This document shows, piece after piece, positions 7,413-15,904 of a stretch of 24,054 bases of DNA. The notes beneath the pieces were generated by a model, which made no database searches, was not told the origin of the DNA, and worked only from the letters and a program-made list of their open reading frames with translations. Location: the IMG/VR virus record IMGVR_UViG_3300038393_001590, positions 1-24,054 of that record, one strand, 5' to 3'. The translations under genes were made by a program, and so were the position numbers. Every line of letters begins with the position of its first letter. Position 1 is the stretch's first letter. Source of the DNA: a virus (Duplodnaviria; Caudoviricetes).

Positions 7413-9797
7413 TTATCCGAACGTCGGTGCAGCCGCGCCGTCCGACATCTTGCCGGTGACGTCGCTGTAGAACATGTAGCGGCCCTTCTCGTACGTCGAA
7501 GCAAGTGTCCAGGTCGGCGTGCCATCGGGTGCGATCTTGAACTGCCCGTACTTCAGCAGCGCAGAAGCGTCGACGACCCTTAGCTGGACCTTGTTCTCGC
7601 TCAGTAGCCACTTGCGATCGAAGACCTGCAGCAGCCAGTTCGTGATCCCGAAGACACCGTTCACGCGATCGGGAACCAGCGGATGCGTGACCAGGATCAG
7701 GTCGAACGGCTCGAGCGGCAGCATCTTCCACTGGCCCTCGGCCTCGAAGGTGAGGTTTTTCAGGCCATAACGCAGGAAGATCAGCCTCGAGATGAGCGCT
7801 GCGATCAGGTAGCCCTGGAAGCCCGCGCGCACGCCGTCGGACTCGATGATGTGCTGCCCGGGAAGGTTCTGGTACTTGACTAGGCTCGGGTCGTACTTCT
7901 CGACGCGCTCGGAAAGGAACTTCCCGGATCCGTCGCTCGAGTCGTCCTTGTCGAAGCGATAACTGATCGTGTTCACGAGCTCGGTCTGGCCAGCCGTCGG
8001 CGTCTTCGACAGGTCGCGCTTCGTCAGCGTCATCACCGACGACACGCCGTTCAGCGGCCACATGAAATTGAACTTCAGGACGCCGAGATTGTTCTCCCAC
8101 ATCACCCCGCCGAGCGGCGTCATGATCTGCTTCTCGATCCAGTCGCGCGCTGCCGGCGGCGAGGTGATCGAGAACTTGAACTTCATGCCGGCGAAGACGG
8201 AATCTCGCGCGGCACGCAGAGTGTCGCCATCGAATTCAAGGCTCGACATCGAAAGCTCGTTGATCAGAAGGTCGAGCAGGATGTCGATCGGGTGCCCGGT
8301 CAGAGTCCGCGGGTGGTCATTATCGGTTGGCTGACCGTCGTCGCCTGTGTTGTAGACGACGTTGTCAAGCTTCACCATCCCGCCTGAGCAGGTGAAGGTG
8401 TACCCGTTATTACCGTCCATCGAGTCGACGGTGTCGATCACGCCGGTGAAGCAGGTCAGCAGATCGGCGCGGTTCATCCCGACGTACCCGGTCTTCAACC
8501 ATATCCGCTTGCCTTCGAATGTGAAGGTCGCCATATCGGCCGTGAGCCGATGCGCGCTCGTGTTCGCCGGTGCAGGATCGTCGAGCACGTCGAACACAAG
8601 CTGACTGAGTGAAGAGCTGCCATTGAGCTCGTCGACCGTCAGCTCGATGTCCTGAGGAGAAGCTTTCAGCCACGGCCGCAATGCATTGCCAGCGACAGAC
8701 AGGCGAAGTCCCCAGACGAAGCCGTCGAGGTCCTCGGCGTAGAACACGTCGCGCGACGCGTTGTAGGGTCGACCGAAGCCGAAGGTATCCGAGCCGCCGG
8801 TATAAAACGAGTTCGGCAGTCCGAACCCTGTGATATCGAGGTTCGTCGCCAGGGTGAAGGCGACCGGGTCAAGCTTGTTGACCCCCACGATGATCTTGCC
8901 GTCGGAGCCCACCTGGTGGCTCATTCCGCGGTAAGTATTCGAAAGCGTCCCGACGACCGAAAGTGTCGCTAGGTCGAACTTGTAGAGCGCCGCACCGCCA
9001 GCCACGATGATCGAATGATCGGCCGGAACGTAGCATGCTGCTGCGTTCGCGGATCCCACGGCATGAGCGATGGCAGTCGGTCCACTCCAGTCGATCCCAT
9101 AGATGTGTGCACCGCTGACGATCCAAGTCTGTCCGAACTTGTCAATGATCGGCTGATAGTAGCCACGGCCGTCGGAACCGACACCGATAGTCGCGAGTTC
9201 AGTGATCGGGCTCGGGCTCATCAGCGAGACTCGGCCGACGACGTCGACAGCTACTACGCGCTGAATCCCGGCTATCTTTCCGCTCGTGATGCAACTGTTA
9301 CCCCACTGCGTGAACGGACCCGCGGCGGCGATGCCGCCCGCATTGATGTAGCGCGAATTCTCACTGCCATCAGGATTGATCTGGACGATGGCAGCGTTAT
9401 CGTCAATGCTCTCTATACCGATGTAGAAGTACGTTCCGTCATAGTGCAGCGTGTCCTCGGACACGGACGCGAACCCAGAGATCGATCCCAGCTCAATGAC
9501 GACATAGCTGATGGCTCCGTTGCGCAGCTTGTAAAGGGTGCACGTGTTGCCGCCAGGAGAATACGCGATCCAGTAAAGGCTCTTCGTGGTCTCATCCCAA
9601 AAGGATCCAACTCCCCAGCCAGTCGAGGATTCGAACGGTCCTTCGACGACGGTATAGTTAGGGGCTGCAGAGTCAGGGAACGTGAAGCCCTTGCGGTTGG
9701 TGAAGGAGTAGGGATAGGTGTCGATCTCGACGAGCCACATCGGGCGTCGCTGCCGCTTGGCTGCGTTCGTCGCGAATGCTGTCGAGGTAGAGATCAC
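7413..9797 (-). CDS. Putative baseplate hub / tail-tip protein (794 aa) with an inserted beta-propeller-like region
   Basis: Lies after the Dit-like gene with a GTGA overlap. Hub-like segments RRPMWLVEI...FEGKRIWLKTGY...CFTGVIDTV...GHPIDILLDLL...LEPFDLILVTHP. Residues ~45-370 are beta-rich with blade-like spacing (SLYWIAY, GQTWIV, SIIVAGGAALYKFDLAT). Confidence 0.65.
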   Translation of the reverse strand: MISTSTAFATNAAKRQRRPMWLVEIDTYPYSFTNRKGFTFPDSAAPNYTVVEGPFESSTGWGVGSFWDETTKSLYWIAYSPGGNTCTLYKLRNGAISYVVIELGSISGFASVSEDTLHYDGTYFYIGIESIDDNAAIVQINPDGSENSRYINAGGIAAAGPFTQWGNSCITSGKIAGIQRVVAVDVVGRVSLMSPSPITELATIGVGSDGRGYYQPIIDKFGQTWIVSGAHIYGIDWSGPTAIAHAVGSANAAACYVPADHSIIVAGGAALYKFDLATLSVVGTLSNTYRGMSHQVGSDGKIIVGVNKLDPVAFTLATNLDITGFGLPNSFYTGGSDTFGFGRPYNASRDVFYAEDLDGFVWGLRLSVAGNALRPWLKASPQDIELTVDELNGSSSLSQLVFDVLDDPAPANTSAHRLTADMATFTFEGKRIWLKTGYVGMNRADLLTCFTGVIDTVDSMDGNNGYTFTCSGGMVKLDNVVYNTGDDGQPTDNDHPRTLTGHPIDILLDLLINELSMSSLEFDGDTLRAARDSVFAGMKFKFSITSPPAARDWIEKQIMTPLGGVMWENNLGVLKFNFMWPLNGVSSVMTLTKRDLSKTPTAGQTELVNTISYRFDKDDSSDGSGKFLSERVEKYDPSLVKYQNLPGQHIIESDGVRAGFQGYLIAALISRLIFLRYGLKNLTFEAEGQWKMLPLEPFDLILVTHPLVPDRVNGVFGITNWLLQVFDRKWLLSENKVQLRVVDASALLKYGQFKIAPDGTPTWTLASTYEKGRYMFYSDVTGKMSDGAAAPTFG

Positions 9798-10183
9798 GAA
9801 ACAAACTCCCGGAACACGAAGGTGAATTTGAGGACGTTGCCGCCGGAGGACTTGAAGTTCACCTTCGGATCGAAGTCCGTGTCCTCGAGCGTGTAGGTCT
9901 TGTGTGTGCCACTGGTCGAATCGGGGTAGTAGTCGAAGATGTTCCCCTCGAGTATCCAGTCAGTAAAGGCATCCCATGCCGATGCGTCGCCGATCACCGC
10001 GGTGTCGAACTGCAGGGTGATGAACTTGTCGACCCTGTCCGTCACCCACTGGCCAAGGCCGTCGCCGGTGTAATCGTCGTGTCGAATGGCGCGCTTGGTC
10101 GGCAGCCACACCTTCTGTACCGGGGGAAAGGTCGGAATGAACGTGGTCGGACCTGACCCGTAAACAAATTTCGCTTGGATCAC
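9794..10183 (-). CDS. Putative distal tail (Dit-like) protein, 129 aa
   Basis: Small beta-rich gene immediately after the tape measure. GTG start with AGGAG upstream. Sequence ITLQFD...WDAFTDWILEGNIFDYYPD...FTFVFRE is typical of this position. Confidence 0.6.
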   Translation of the reverse strand: MIQAKFVYGSGPTTFIPTFPPVQKVWLPTKRAIRHDDYTGDGLGQWVTDRVDKFITLQFDTAVIGDASAWDAFTDWILEGNIFDYYPDSTSGTHKTYTLEDTDFDPKVNFKSSGGNVLKFTFVFREFVS

Positions 10184-10192
10184 GTTCGTCTC

Positions 10193-12904
10193 CTAGCTCT
10201 TCTTGCGAACCGATCTGGTCCGGCTCGAGGTCAACTGCACGCCGCCCTTCTCTACGGTGTGGCTGATCTTCTTGATCAGCTCGCGAAGTGAAGCCCCATG
10301 GATGTGAACGACTGGCGTCTCGCGTGGCATGTGCTTGAAGATTGCCTCCGCGAACGCGCTCGTCGTGCGATCGTCGTCCAGTGGGATCGCGATTTCCGTC
10401 TGTCCCGGGCCCGATAGAGCAGCGGCGGTGTTCGCTGAACTCGCAGCATCGCCAAGGATCGCCATCGTCGGTCCGAAGACCATGCCGCCGGAGGCGAATC
10501 GCTGCACCTGCGTCGTTGTCGTCGGTGCGGTCTGCGTCTCCGAAACTGGCGTCGTTTCGATGGGCTTGGTTCCGTCTGGTGCGCCGGCAGTTTCGCCGCC
10601 TCCTGATTGTCCGGGCTTGATGCCATAGGCGAAAGAGCCGGCGATCGCCGCGACCGCGAAAAATTCCGCGGCTGATGCGAAGTCGGCGCCCGCGCGCCCT
10701 GGGTTCCAAAACGAGTCGGCTATTCCCCATGCAGTCCAGTACAGGCCCCACATGATGGCTCGCCCGGCAATTGAGGCTGCTTCTTCAGCGAGCGATTCGC
10801 GAAGTGCTCGACCGAGCGACTCCTGCCCCAAGACCCATCGAGATACCGCATTGCCGAAGGCCGCGGAGGTGTCCAGGATGACGTCGTCGAACGCCTTCTG
10901 GGTGTCGCTGAGGTCCTTGCGCTGTTTGCGCATTTCGGCCGACCAGTGATCGAGCAACTGGATGGTCGAGTTGTGCGACCGATTAAGCTTGTCAGTCGCC
11001 GCGGTATTCTTCTCTTCCGCTCCGGTCAGTTGATCGAGGACGACACGAATGCCGGCCAATTCGTCCTTGAACTGTTCGGCAAGTGCAAGGTCGCCTTTGT
11101 CGATAGCGAGACCGATCTTTGCCGTCAGGTTCTTCTCTGCCAGCTGTAGCATTGCGACCGACAGGTCGGCGATTCCATCGCCAAGTTCGCGAACCTTGTC
11201 GAGTGCCGCTTGCGTCTTATCTACTTCGTCCTGCCAGACCTGTCCGCTCTTTATTCCGAACTGCGCGAGTATGTCGGTGATCTCCTGTACTCGCTGGTTG
11301 ACCTCGCTCGGCAGCGGAATGATGTCATCCACGGGTGTGGCCGTGGTCTGGCTGAGCGCTTGCTTGATCGCCGCCTGTAGGGCCTGTACACCTTTCAATC
11401 GGAGCTCGACCAGCTTCGTCTGGTGCTGCTCTTCAAGCGCCTCGATCTGAGCGTGCAGTTCCTTGATGCGATCGACGTTTCGTGTCGGATCCTGCGAGAC
11501 GAGAGCAAGCGTTTCGCGCAGGCTCTTTAACGTCAGCTGGTACTGCTGTTCAGCGAAGTGCTGCTGGGCATCGATGAAGCTCGAATAGCCGGCCTTCGCG
11601 AGTGTTAGCTTCAGTTCTGACTCGGCCCGGGCAAGCTCGATGCGCGCCGCCATGATCGTCTTCTCGGCATTGATCGAGGCCTCGCCATGCTTGATCTGTT
11701 CGTCCAGCGCTTCCTTATCGAACTGCTTCGATATCGCAGCCTGCTGTTCTGCCTGCACCTTGAGCAACGATGTCAGCCGAAGAATGGTCTCGGCGGCTTT
11801 GTCCGCTTCTTCCTTCGTAACGTCGTGTACAGCGCTAAAGTCGACCGACTCTTGTTCTAGCCGATATTTGGCGAGTGTGTTCTGGGCTGCGCGCAGCGCC
11901 GCTTCGTTCTTATTAACTTCTTCGGTGAGGAGTTCGAATTCCTTGCGGGTCTTCGCCGATCCCTCGAGGTTGATCAGTTGATACGCCTTCTGCAACTCCA
12001 CAAGCTTTGTCGCCTGATCGGTGAGCGCCTTGTTGAGTTCGAGCGTGGCCTCGTATTGCTTCTTCTCGGCGTCGGTGTAGATGAAGGTCTCGGAAACAAA
12101 CTCCGTTAGCTTCTCGGTGGCTTGGACAATTAACTGGATCAGGAGAATGATCGCGAGGCCGGAGAAGGCGGTCTCCATGGCCTGCGCTACTAGGGGAAAC
12201 TGCTGTAGGAACTTGCCCACCTGATAAGAGCCCGTGACGCCGATCTCGTTTCCGAGTATCTGCGCCGTTCCGGCGGCCCTTCTCATTGATTCCGCTGAGC
12301 GCTCGCCGGCGGCTTCCGATTCAACACCGAATTTCAATGCAGCATCGGCTGCAGCTTTCAGAGCGAGTTCGGACTCTAAGGCAGCCTCAGCTTCGGCGCG
12401 GATCCCAGCCGTTGCCTCATGCGATGCGACCTCGACTTCTCGTTGTGCTGCCGCAAGCAAGGCTCCGGTTGTTGCTACTTTCTCTTCAGCTGTAGCAAGG
12501 GCAGTCAGCGCTTGCGTGTCGCCTTCTTCGGCAACGACAGCGGCCTTGATAGCTGCGTCGAGCTCGGCCTGTGCTTTCTTATGCTCGATGGTCGCGCGGG
12601 TCGCGGTATCGGTAGCACGGGCAAGCGCCAACCAACTCGAGTCGACAGCTTGTACGGCTGCGCTCGAAGTGGCTGCTGCTCCCTGCGCCGCCGCGCCGAT
12701 TTCCGCGCCGGCCTTGGTCGACTGATCGGCAGCGACCTGAGCAGATTGTCCTGCCTGCTCCCATGCTTGGCCGACGGTGTTGACCTGAGCCTGCACGGCC
12801 GGAGCCTTGGCGGTCGCGTCGGCTTCCACCTTCGTCCATGTCTGGTCGAGTTGGGTGGCGTCGCCGAGAAAATTAAAGATCGCGTCGCCTGCAGAGATCG
12901 CCAT
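10193..12904 (-). CDS. Tape measure protein, 903 aa
   Basis: Long Ala/Glu/Gln-rich helical protein after the chaperone genes. C-terminal motif RFASGGMVFGPTMAILGD...EIAIPLDD, with hydrophobic segments near residues 240-260 and 710-760. Confidence 0.92.
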   Translation of the reverse strand: MAISAGDAIFNFLGDATQLDQTWTKVEADATAKAPAVQAQVNTVGQAWEQAGQSAQVAADQSTKAGAEIGAAAQGAAATSSAAVQAVDSSWLALARATDTATRATIEHKKAQAELDAAIKAAVVAEEGDTQALTALATAEEKVATTGALLAAAQREVEVASHEATAGIRAEAEAALESELALKAAADAALKFGVESEAAGERSAESMRRAAGTAQILGNEIGVTGSYQVGKFLQQFPLVAQAMETAFSGLAIILLIQLIVQATEKLTEFVSETFIYTDAEKKQYEATLELNKALTDQATKLVELQKAYQLINLEGSAKTRKEFELLTEEVNKNEAALRAAQNTLAKYRLEQESVDFSAVHDVTKEEADKAAETILRLTSLLKVQAEQQAAISKQFDKEALDEQIKHGEASINAEKTIMAARIELARAESELKLTLAKAGYSSFIDAQQHFAEQQYQLTLKSLRETLALVSQDPTRNVDRIKELHAQIEALEEQHQTKLVELRLKGVQALQAAIKQALSQTTATPVDDIIPLPSEVNQRVQEITDILAQFGIKSGQVWQDEVDKTQAALDKVRELGDGIADLSVAMLQLAEKNLTAKIGLAIDKGDLALAEQFKDELAGIRVVLDQLTGAEEKNTAATDKLNRSHNSTIQLLDHWSAEMRKQRKDLSDTQKAFDDVILDTSAAFGNAVSRWVLGQESLGRALRESLAEEAASIAGRAIMWGLYWTAWGIADSFWNPGRAGADFASAAEFFAVAAIAGSFAYGIKPGQSGGGETAGAPDGTKPIETTPVSETQTAPTTTTQVQRFASGGMVFGPTMAILGDAASSANTAAALSGPGQTEIAIPLDDDRTTSAFAEAIFKHMPRETPVVHIHGASLRELIKKISHTVEKGGVQLTSSRTRSVRKKS

Positions 12905-12910
12905 GAGAGG

Positions 12911-13189
12911 TCACCCAAGTACTTCCCACCCTGATTCTTCCTTGCCCTGTCCTGCTTGCAGTTGGCCTTGTGGAGTGCGTGTGCGCTGCGCGGCTTCTGC
13001 CCGTCGCTGCATCTTTCGCGCATACGACCTGAACATCACGAGGAGCCTTTCCTCGGACCAGCGACGATGGATCTGGTCCGGGTCCAGGCCCCACTCCGAT
13101 AGGGCTACCTCGTAGACCTCGCCGACGCTTGGAAGCTCTTCGCCTTCTCCAAGATCTGCACTGTCATCGCCAACTGCTGAGCAAAAGGG
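12911..13189 (-). CDS. Frameshift-extended tail assembly chaperone segment (lambda gpT-equivalent), read in the -1 frame
   Basis: The -1 frame is open from the slippery site to TGA at 12911-12913: ...FCSAVGDDSADLGEGEELPSVGEVYEVALSEWGLDPDQIHRRWSEERLLVMFRSYARKMQRRAEAAQRTRTPQGQLQAGQGKEESGWEVLG. It fills the gap before the tape measure and has no start codon of its own near its 5' end. Confidence 0.8.
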   Translation of the reverse strand, partial: PFCSAVGDDSADLGEGEELPSVGEVYEVALSEWGLDPDQIHRRWSEERLLVMFRSYARKMQRRAEAAQRTRTPQGQLQAGQGKEESGWEVLG

Positions 13190-13569
13190 AAAGCGACCAC
13201 CGCGATCTTGCTGAAGGCTCGCGCCATCTGCTCTTCCGTCGCACCGGTCTTCTCGTCCATGACCGCCTCGCGTGGTAGCACGCCGCTCTTGTCGTAGGCG
13301 AAGACCAGGTCACAGACCAGCTCTGGGAACTGGAGGAAAGCGAACGCGAGACCGGCTCGGAACGTCGCCGCGGTGGCTTCAGGAGACGTTGCGGCTTGAA
13401 CTTTCGAAGCGATATCGATGAACTGTTGGCGCCAGGCGCGCTGTGCTGCGATACGCAGCACGGGGATCTCGTACTCGGCGGTGCCGAGCTTCACTTTGAT
13501 CGGGCGCATCTCGACAGCTTCCTGTTCGCTGCGCCCCGTCATCAGTACTTCCATTCCGGGTAATTGCAT
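13105..13569 (-). CDS. Tail assembly chaperone (lambda gpG-equivalent)
   Basis: Lies between the tail tube and tape measure genes; sequence PIKVKLGTAEYEIPVLRIAAQRAWRQQF. The likely start is ATG 13569 (AAAGGT upstream) or ATG 13542. The track start at 13656 runs through a terminator hairpin. Confidence 0.82.
   Translation of the reverse strand: MQLPGMEVLMTGRSEQEAVEMRPIKVKLGTAEYEIPVLRIAAQRAWRQQFIDIASKVQAATSPEATAATFRAGLAFAFLQFPELVCDLVFAYDKSGVLPREAVMDEKTGATEEQMARAFSKIAVVAFPFAQQLAMTVQILEKAKSFQASARSTR
13183..13192 (-). promoter_or_regulatory. Programmed -1 ribosomal frameshift site TTTCCCTTTT
   Basis: In the chaperone frame, GCT TTC CCT TTT gives two overlapping in-frame X XXY YYZ heptamers: T TTC CCT and C CCT TTT. 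Confidence 0.8.
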
Positions 13570-13601
13570 GGGGAGAACCTTTCGGGTAGGTGTGGCGTGC
13601 A

Positions 13602-13638
13602 TAAAAATCGGGGCCGAGTGCATAACGCACCCAGCCCC
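13602..13638 (-). terminator. Probable intrinsic terminator after the tail tube gene
   Basis: Minus strand reads GGGGCTGGGTGC-GTTAT-GCACTCGGCCCC (12-bp stem with two G-U pairs) followed by GATTTTTA. Confidence 0.7.
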
Positions 13639-13675
13639 AGCTTCCATGCCGAACAACGATCGGTTGACTTGCGGT

Positions 13676-14284
13676 TTAGAGCGGCTCGGCCGTCTTATCG
13701 ACGTAGTAACCCAGGCGCTCGCCGGCGGGCTTGCTCGAATCGGCGAAGAGGTTGAACTGGACCGGGATGATGGTCTTGTCTGCGCGCTTCATCGCGAGCG
13801 TGACATTGCCCTTTGCGATTGCCTTGAAGCCGACGAAGATGCGCCACGGCTTCGTGGTAAGGGAGCCGGCTGGTGCGAGCCCTTCAAAGCCGACCATGAC
13901 GAACTTGCGATCTCCGCTTCCGAAAGCGACCTTCGTCGTTCCCGGTACGCCGCTGGCGGCTGCAACTGTCGTCGTTTTAGAGGCCGATATCGCATATGCC
14001 AGGTTGTCGAGAGTGGGTTCCGCCATCTTGCAGCTCAAGGTCCCAACTTCGCCGTTCAGGAAGCTGTCGATCGGCGCCATCTCTTCATCGACGGTGGTAT
14101 CTTTGAAGGTCGGGTTGTAGGCGAACTGAAGGCCATCGTCGGTGTAACCAACTTCCTTCCATGCCGCATCCCACACCACCGGATCTACGTTGACGGGGGG
14201 TTCGGTCGTGCCCAGAACTGCGATGAGAATGCGCGCCGGGCCGACGATGATCTTGTTTGCATTTCCTGTTACGAGATTGCCCAT
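13676..14284 (-). CDS. Major tail (tube) protein, 202 aa
   Basis: Sequence NANKIIVGPARILIA...WKEVGYTDDGLQFAY...MAEPTLDNLAYA...TIIPVQF. Size and position before the chaperone and tape measure fit, and a terminator follows. Confidence 0.87.
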   Translation of the reverse strand: MGNLVTGNANKIIVGPARILIAVLGTTEPPVNVDPVVWDAAWKEVGYTDDGLQFAYNPTFKDTTVDEEMAPIDSFLNGEVGTLSCKMAEPTLDNLAYAISASKTTTVAAASGVPGTTKVAFGSGDRKFVMVGFEGLAPAGSLTTKPWRIFVGFKAIAKGNVTLAMKRADKTIIPVQFNLFADSSKPAGERLGYYVDKTAEPL

Positions 14285-14302
14285 CGGATTTCCTTTCGTC
14301 GT

Positions 14303-14710
14303 TTAATTGGCACGCATCGAGAGCTTAAAAAAGCCTACGACCGTGGCCCATCCTGTATCGGGATCGAACATCGGTTGCCCCGGACCTTCTGCATATCCGG
14401 AAACGATTACGCCACTCGGCGAACCGTCGAGCTGTTCGGCCTGGTCGAGCAGGTCATATACAGCCGCAAATAACTGCATCGCATCCGGCACCTTCAGCGC
14501 CCAGGTCTTCACCTGAATGCTTGGCTCCGCGAAGGTAGCGGTCTCTGGGTTCTGCGGACCGCCGCGAGCAAAGAACGTAACCGCCTTCTGTCCGGCCTTA
14601 GCATCGAAGCCTGCCGGCAGATCAGGCCAAGCGACGATGCCGCCGCTCAACGTTGCGACCGGTGAATTCCCGAGCAGGACCTGGCGAATGCACGCGTGTA
14701 TGTCGAGCAT
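14303..14710 (-). CDS. Tail terminator / tail completion protein (DUF3168-like), 135 aa
   Basis: Lies just before the tail tube gene; sequence IRQVLL...VATL...WPDLP...SIQVKTWA...AMQLFAAVYDLLD. Confidence 0.7.
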   Translation of the reverse strand: MLDIHACIRQVLLGNSPVATLSGGIVAWPDLPAGFDAKAGQKAVTFFARGGPQNPETATFAEPSIQVKTWALKVPDAMQLFAAVYDLLDQAEQLDGSPSGVIVSGYAEGPGQPMFDPDTGWATVVGFFKLSMRAN

Positions 14711-14713
14711 TGG

Positions 14714-15118
14714 CTACCTCTCCAGGCGCCGCCGAACGGCATCGCCGATCCTGCCCAGAAACCTTTGAACGGCCGGATAGATGTAGGGCCGCGCTGTCAT
14801 CTTTCGCGTGCCAATCTCTAGCCATCCGCCATAACCACTTTGCGAATAGATCGCTGCGCTCACACCCGTCGGTGTCGGCACCGCCACGCCTTCGGTGACT
14901 TCCCCATTGCCAGACTCATTCACGATCGACTCGCCGAAGCTATTGACCTCGACCGCAATCGTTCGTCGGTTGTGGCCGCTCTTCACAGGCGAGCCCTGAA
15001 CAGCCGCAGGCCACATGTCCTGCGTCAATACCTCGGTCACGCCGGCGGCGATTGCCGCATGCATCTCTGCGCGACCTGTTGGGTTGATCCGTACCGTTGC
15101 TTCGGCGTTCAGGCTCAT
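14714..15118 (-). CDS. HK97 gp10-like tail/neck protein, 134 aa
   Basis: Motifs SPVKSGHNRRTI and YGGWLEIGTRKMTARPYIYPA. Confidence 0.85.
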   Translation of the reverse strand: MSLNAEATVRINPTGRAEMHAAIAAGVTEVLTQDMWPAAVQGSPVKSGHNRRTIAVEVNSFGESIVNESGNGEVTEGVAVPTPTGVSAAIYSQSGYGGWLEIGTRKMTARPYIYPAVQRFLGRIGDAVRRRLER

Positions 15119-15462
15119 CCGTTGATGACCTCGACATAAATCTCAAAGTGATGGCCCATGCCCCCCGGATCGTCGATTCCGAGGATGTTGTAGAACGCCC
15201 CGGCTATTTCGAGCGTGTGCTTCTCGGTTAGCCCGGCGAATGGCCGCATGAAGATCTTCTCGTTCGAGATCACCGTCTTCTTGTCGGACTTGAATTCGCG
15301 CGTTCTGCCGGTCATGCTGCGGCGCGCCTTTACGGTCGCAGCTGGCGAGCCTGGGTTTGCCGGATCGAATATCTTTTGCCCTGAGCTGTCAGCGGCTGGC
15401 GGCGCATAGATGTTCATGTCCGCGATCAGCAGCGAATCGAAGGGGTCCACGAAAGCGGCCAT
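15115..15462 (-). CDS. Head closure / head-tail adaptor (stopper) protein, 115 aa
   Basis: Position in the connector cluster; C-terminus FYNILGIDDPGGMGHHFEIYV is typical of SPP1 gp16-like stoppers. Overlaps both neighbours (TGATG and ATGA). Confidence 0.72.
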   Translation of the reverse strand: MAAFVDPFDSLLIADMNIYAPPAADSSGQKIFDPANPGSPAATVKARRSMTGRTREFKSDKKTVISNEKIFMRPFAGLTEKHTLEIAGAFYNILGIDDPGGMGHHFEIYVEVING

Positions 15463-15839
15463 CAGAAGTCCTCATTCCGCAGCACGAAGTTGCGGATGAT
15501 CGTCAGCTCGTTGAAGCCCGACAAGTTCTCTTCCGCGACGCCGAAGGCTGGGTAGTTGTCTTCCATGTCCCGAAGGCGCTGGGCCATGTCGCGGTATTGC
15601 TGGGCGCCGGTCGAGGCGCTGTACTGGTAGTCACCGATCTTTACGCTCTGCGACTGCGAGGCGAACTTCGTCGCGAGCTTCTCGAGGCAGGCGGCGCCGG
15701 CATAGAAGATCGAGCCGTTGTACATGTCGAGGAAGACCTGGATCTCTTCATCCTCGAACTTGTGCCCGGAATCGACCGTGTCATCGATCAGGAAGCGCAC
15801 CTGGCCGATCTGCGTCGTGATGTCGTATGTGAATGTCAT
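15462..15839 (-). CDS. Head-tail connector (adaptor) protein, 125 aa
   Basis: Sequence MTFTYDITTQIGQVRFLIDDTVDSGHKFEDEEIQVFL...AGAACLEKLA...VKIGDYQYS. It is the first gene after the capsid. The true start is ATG 15839 (AAGG upstream), not the track start at 15977. Confidence 0.8.
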   Translation of the reverse strand: MTFTYDITTQIGQVRFLIDDTVDSGHKFEDEEIQVFLDMYNGSIFYAGAACLEKLATKFASQSQSVKIGDYQYSASTGAQQYRDMAQRLRDMEDNYPAFGVAEENLSGFNELTIIRNFVLRNEDF

Positions 15840-15855
15840 GGCGCACCTTGGGTGG

Positions 15856-15884
15856 AAGAAAAGGCCCGGGCGATTGCCCGGGCC
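15856..15884 (-). terminator. Intrinsic terminator after the major capsid gene
   Basis: GGCCCGGGC-AATC-GCCCGGGCC forms a perfect 9-bp stem followed by TTTTCTT, 20 nt after the capsid stop. Confidence 0.85.
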
Positions 15885-15904
15885 CATCAGGAGACGGACG
15901 ACGA

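Noticed and set aside
12240-12560. Apparently more A/T-ending codons in part of the tape measure gene (possible recent mosaic segment)
   Set aside because: This is an impression only, not quantified, and no boundaries or flanking repeats were found.
7413-14284. Contractile injection system, tailocin or gene transfer agent interpretation
   Set aside because: There is no sheath or baseplate wedge gene, a full head module and terminase are present, and the accessory ORFs and organisation do not match RcGTA-type clusters.
13418-14473. Long plus-strand ORFs (for example 13418-14473, 9015-9896, 17437-18240, 18544-19386) and alternative-frame minus ORFs (7096-8100, 3036-3938, 9960-10751, 21378-22175)
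   Set aside because: They are shadows of well-supported phage genes in high-GC DNA, with Arg/Ser/Pro-rich composition and no recognisable motifs.
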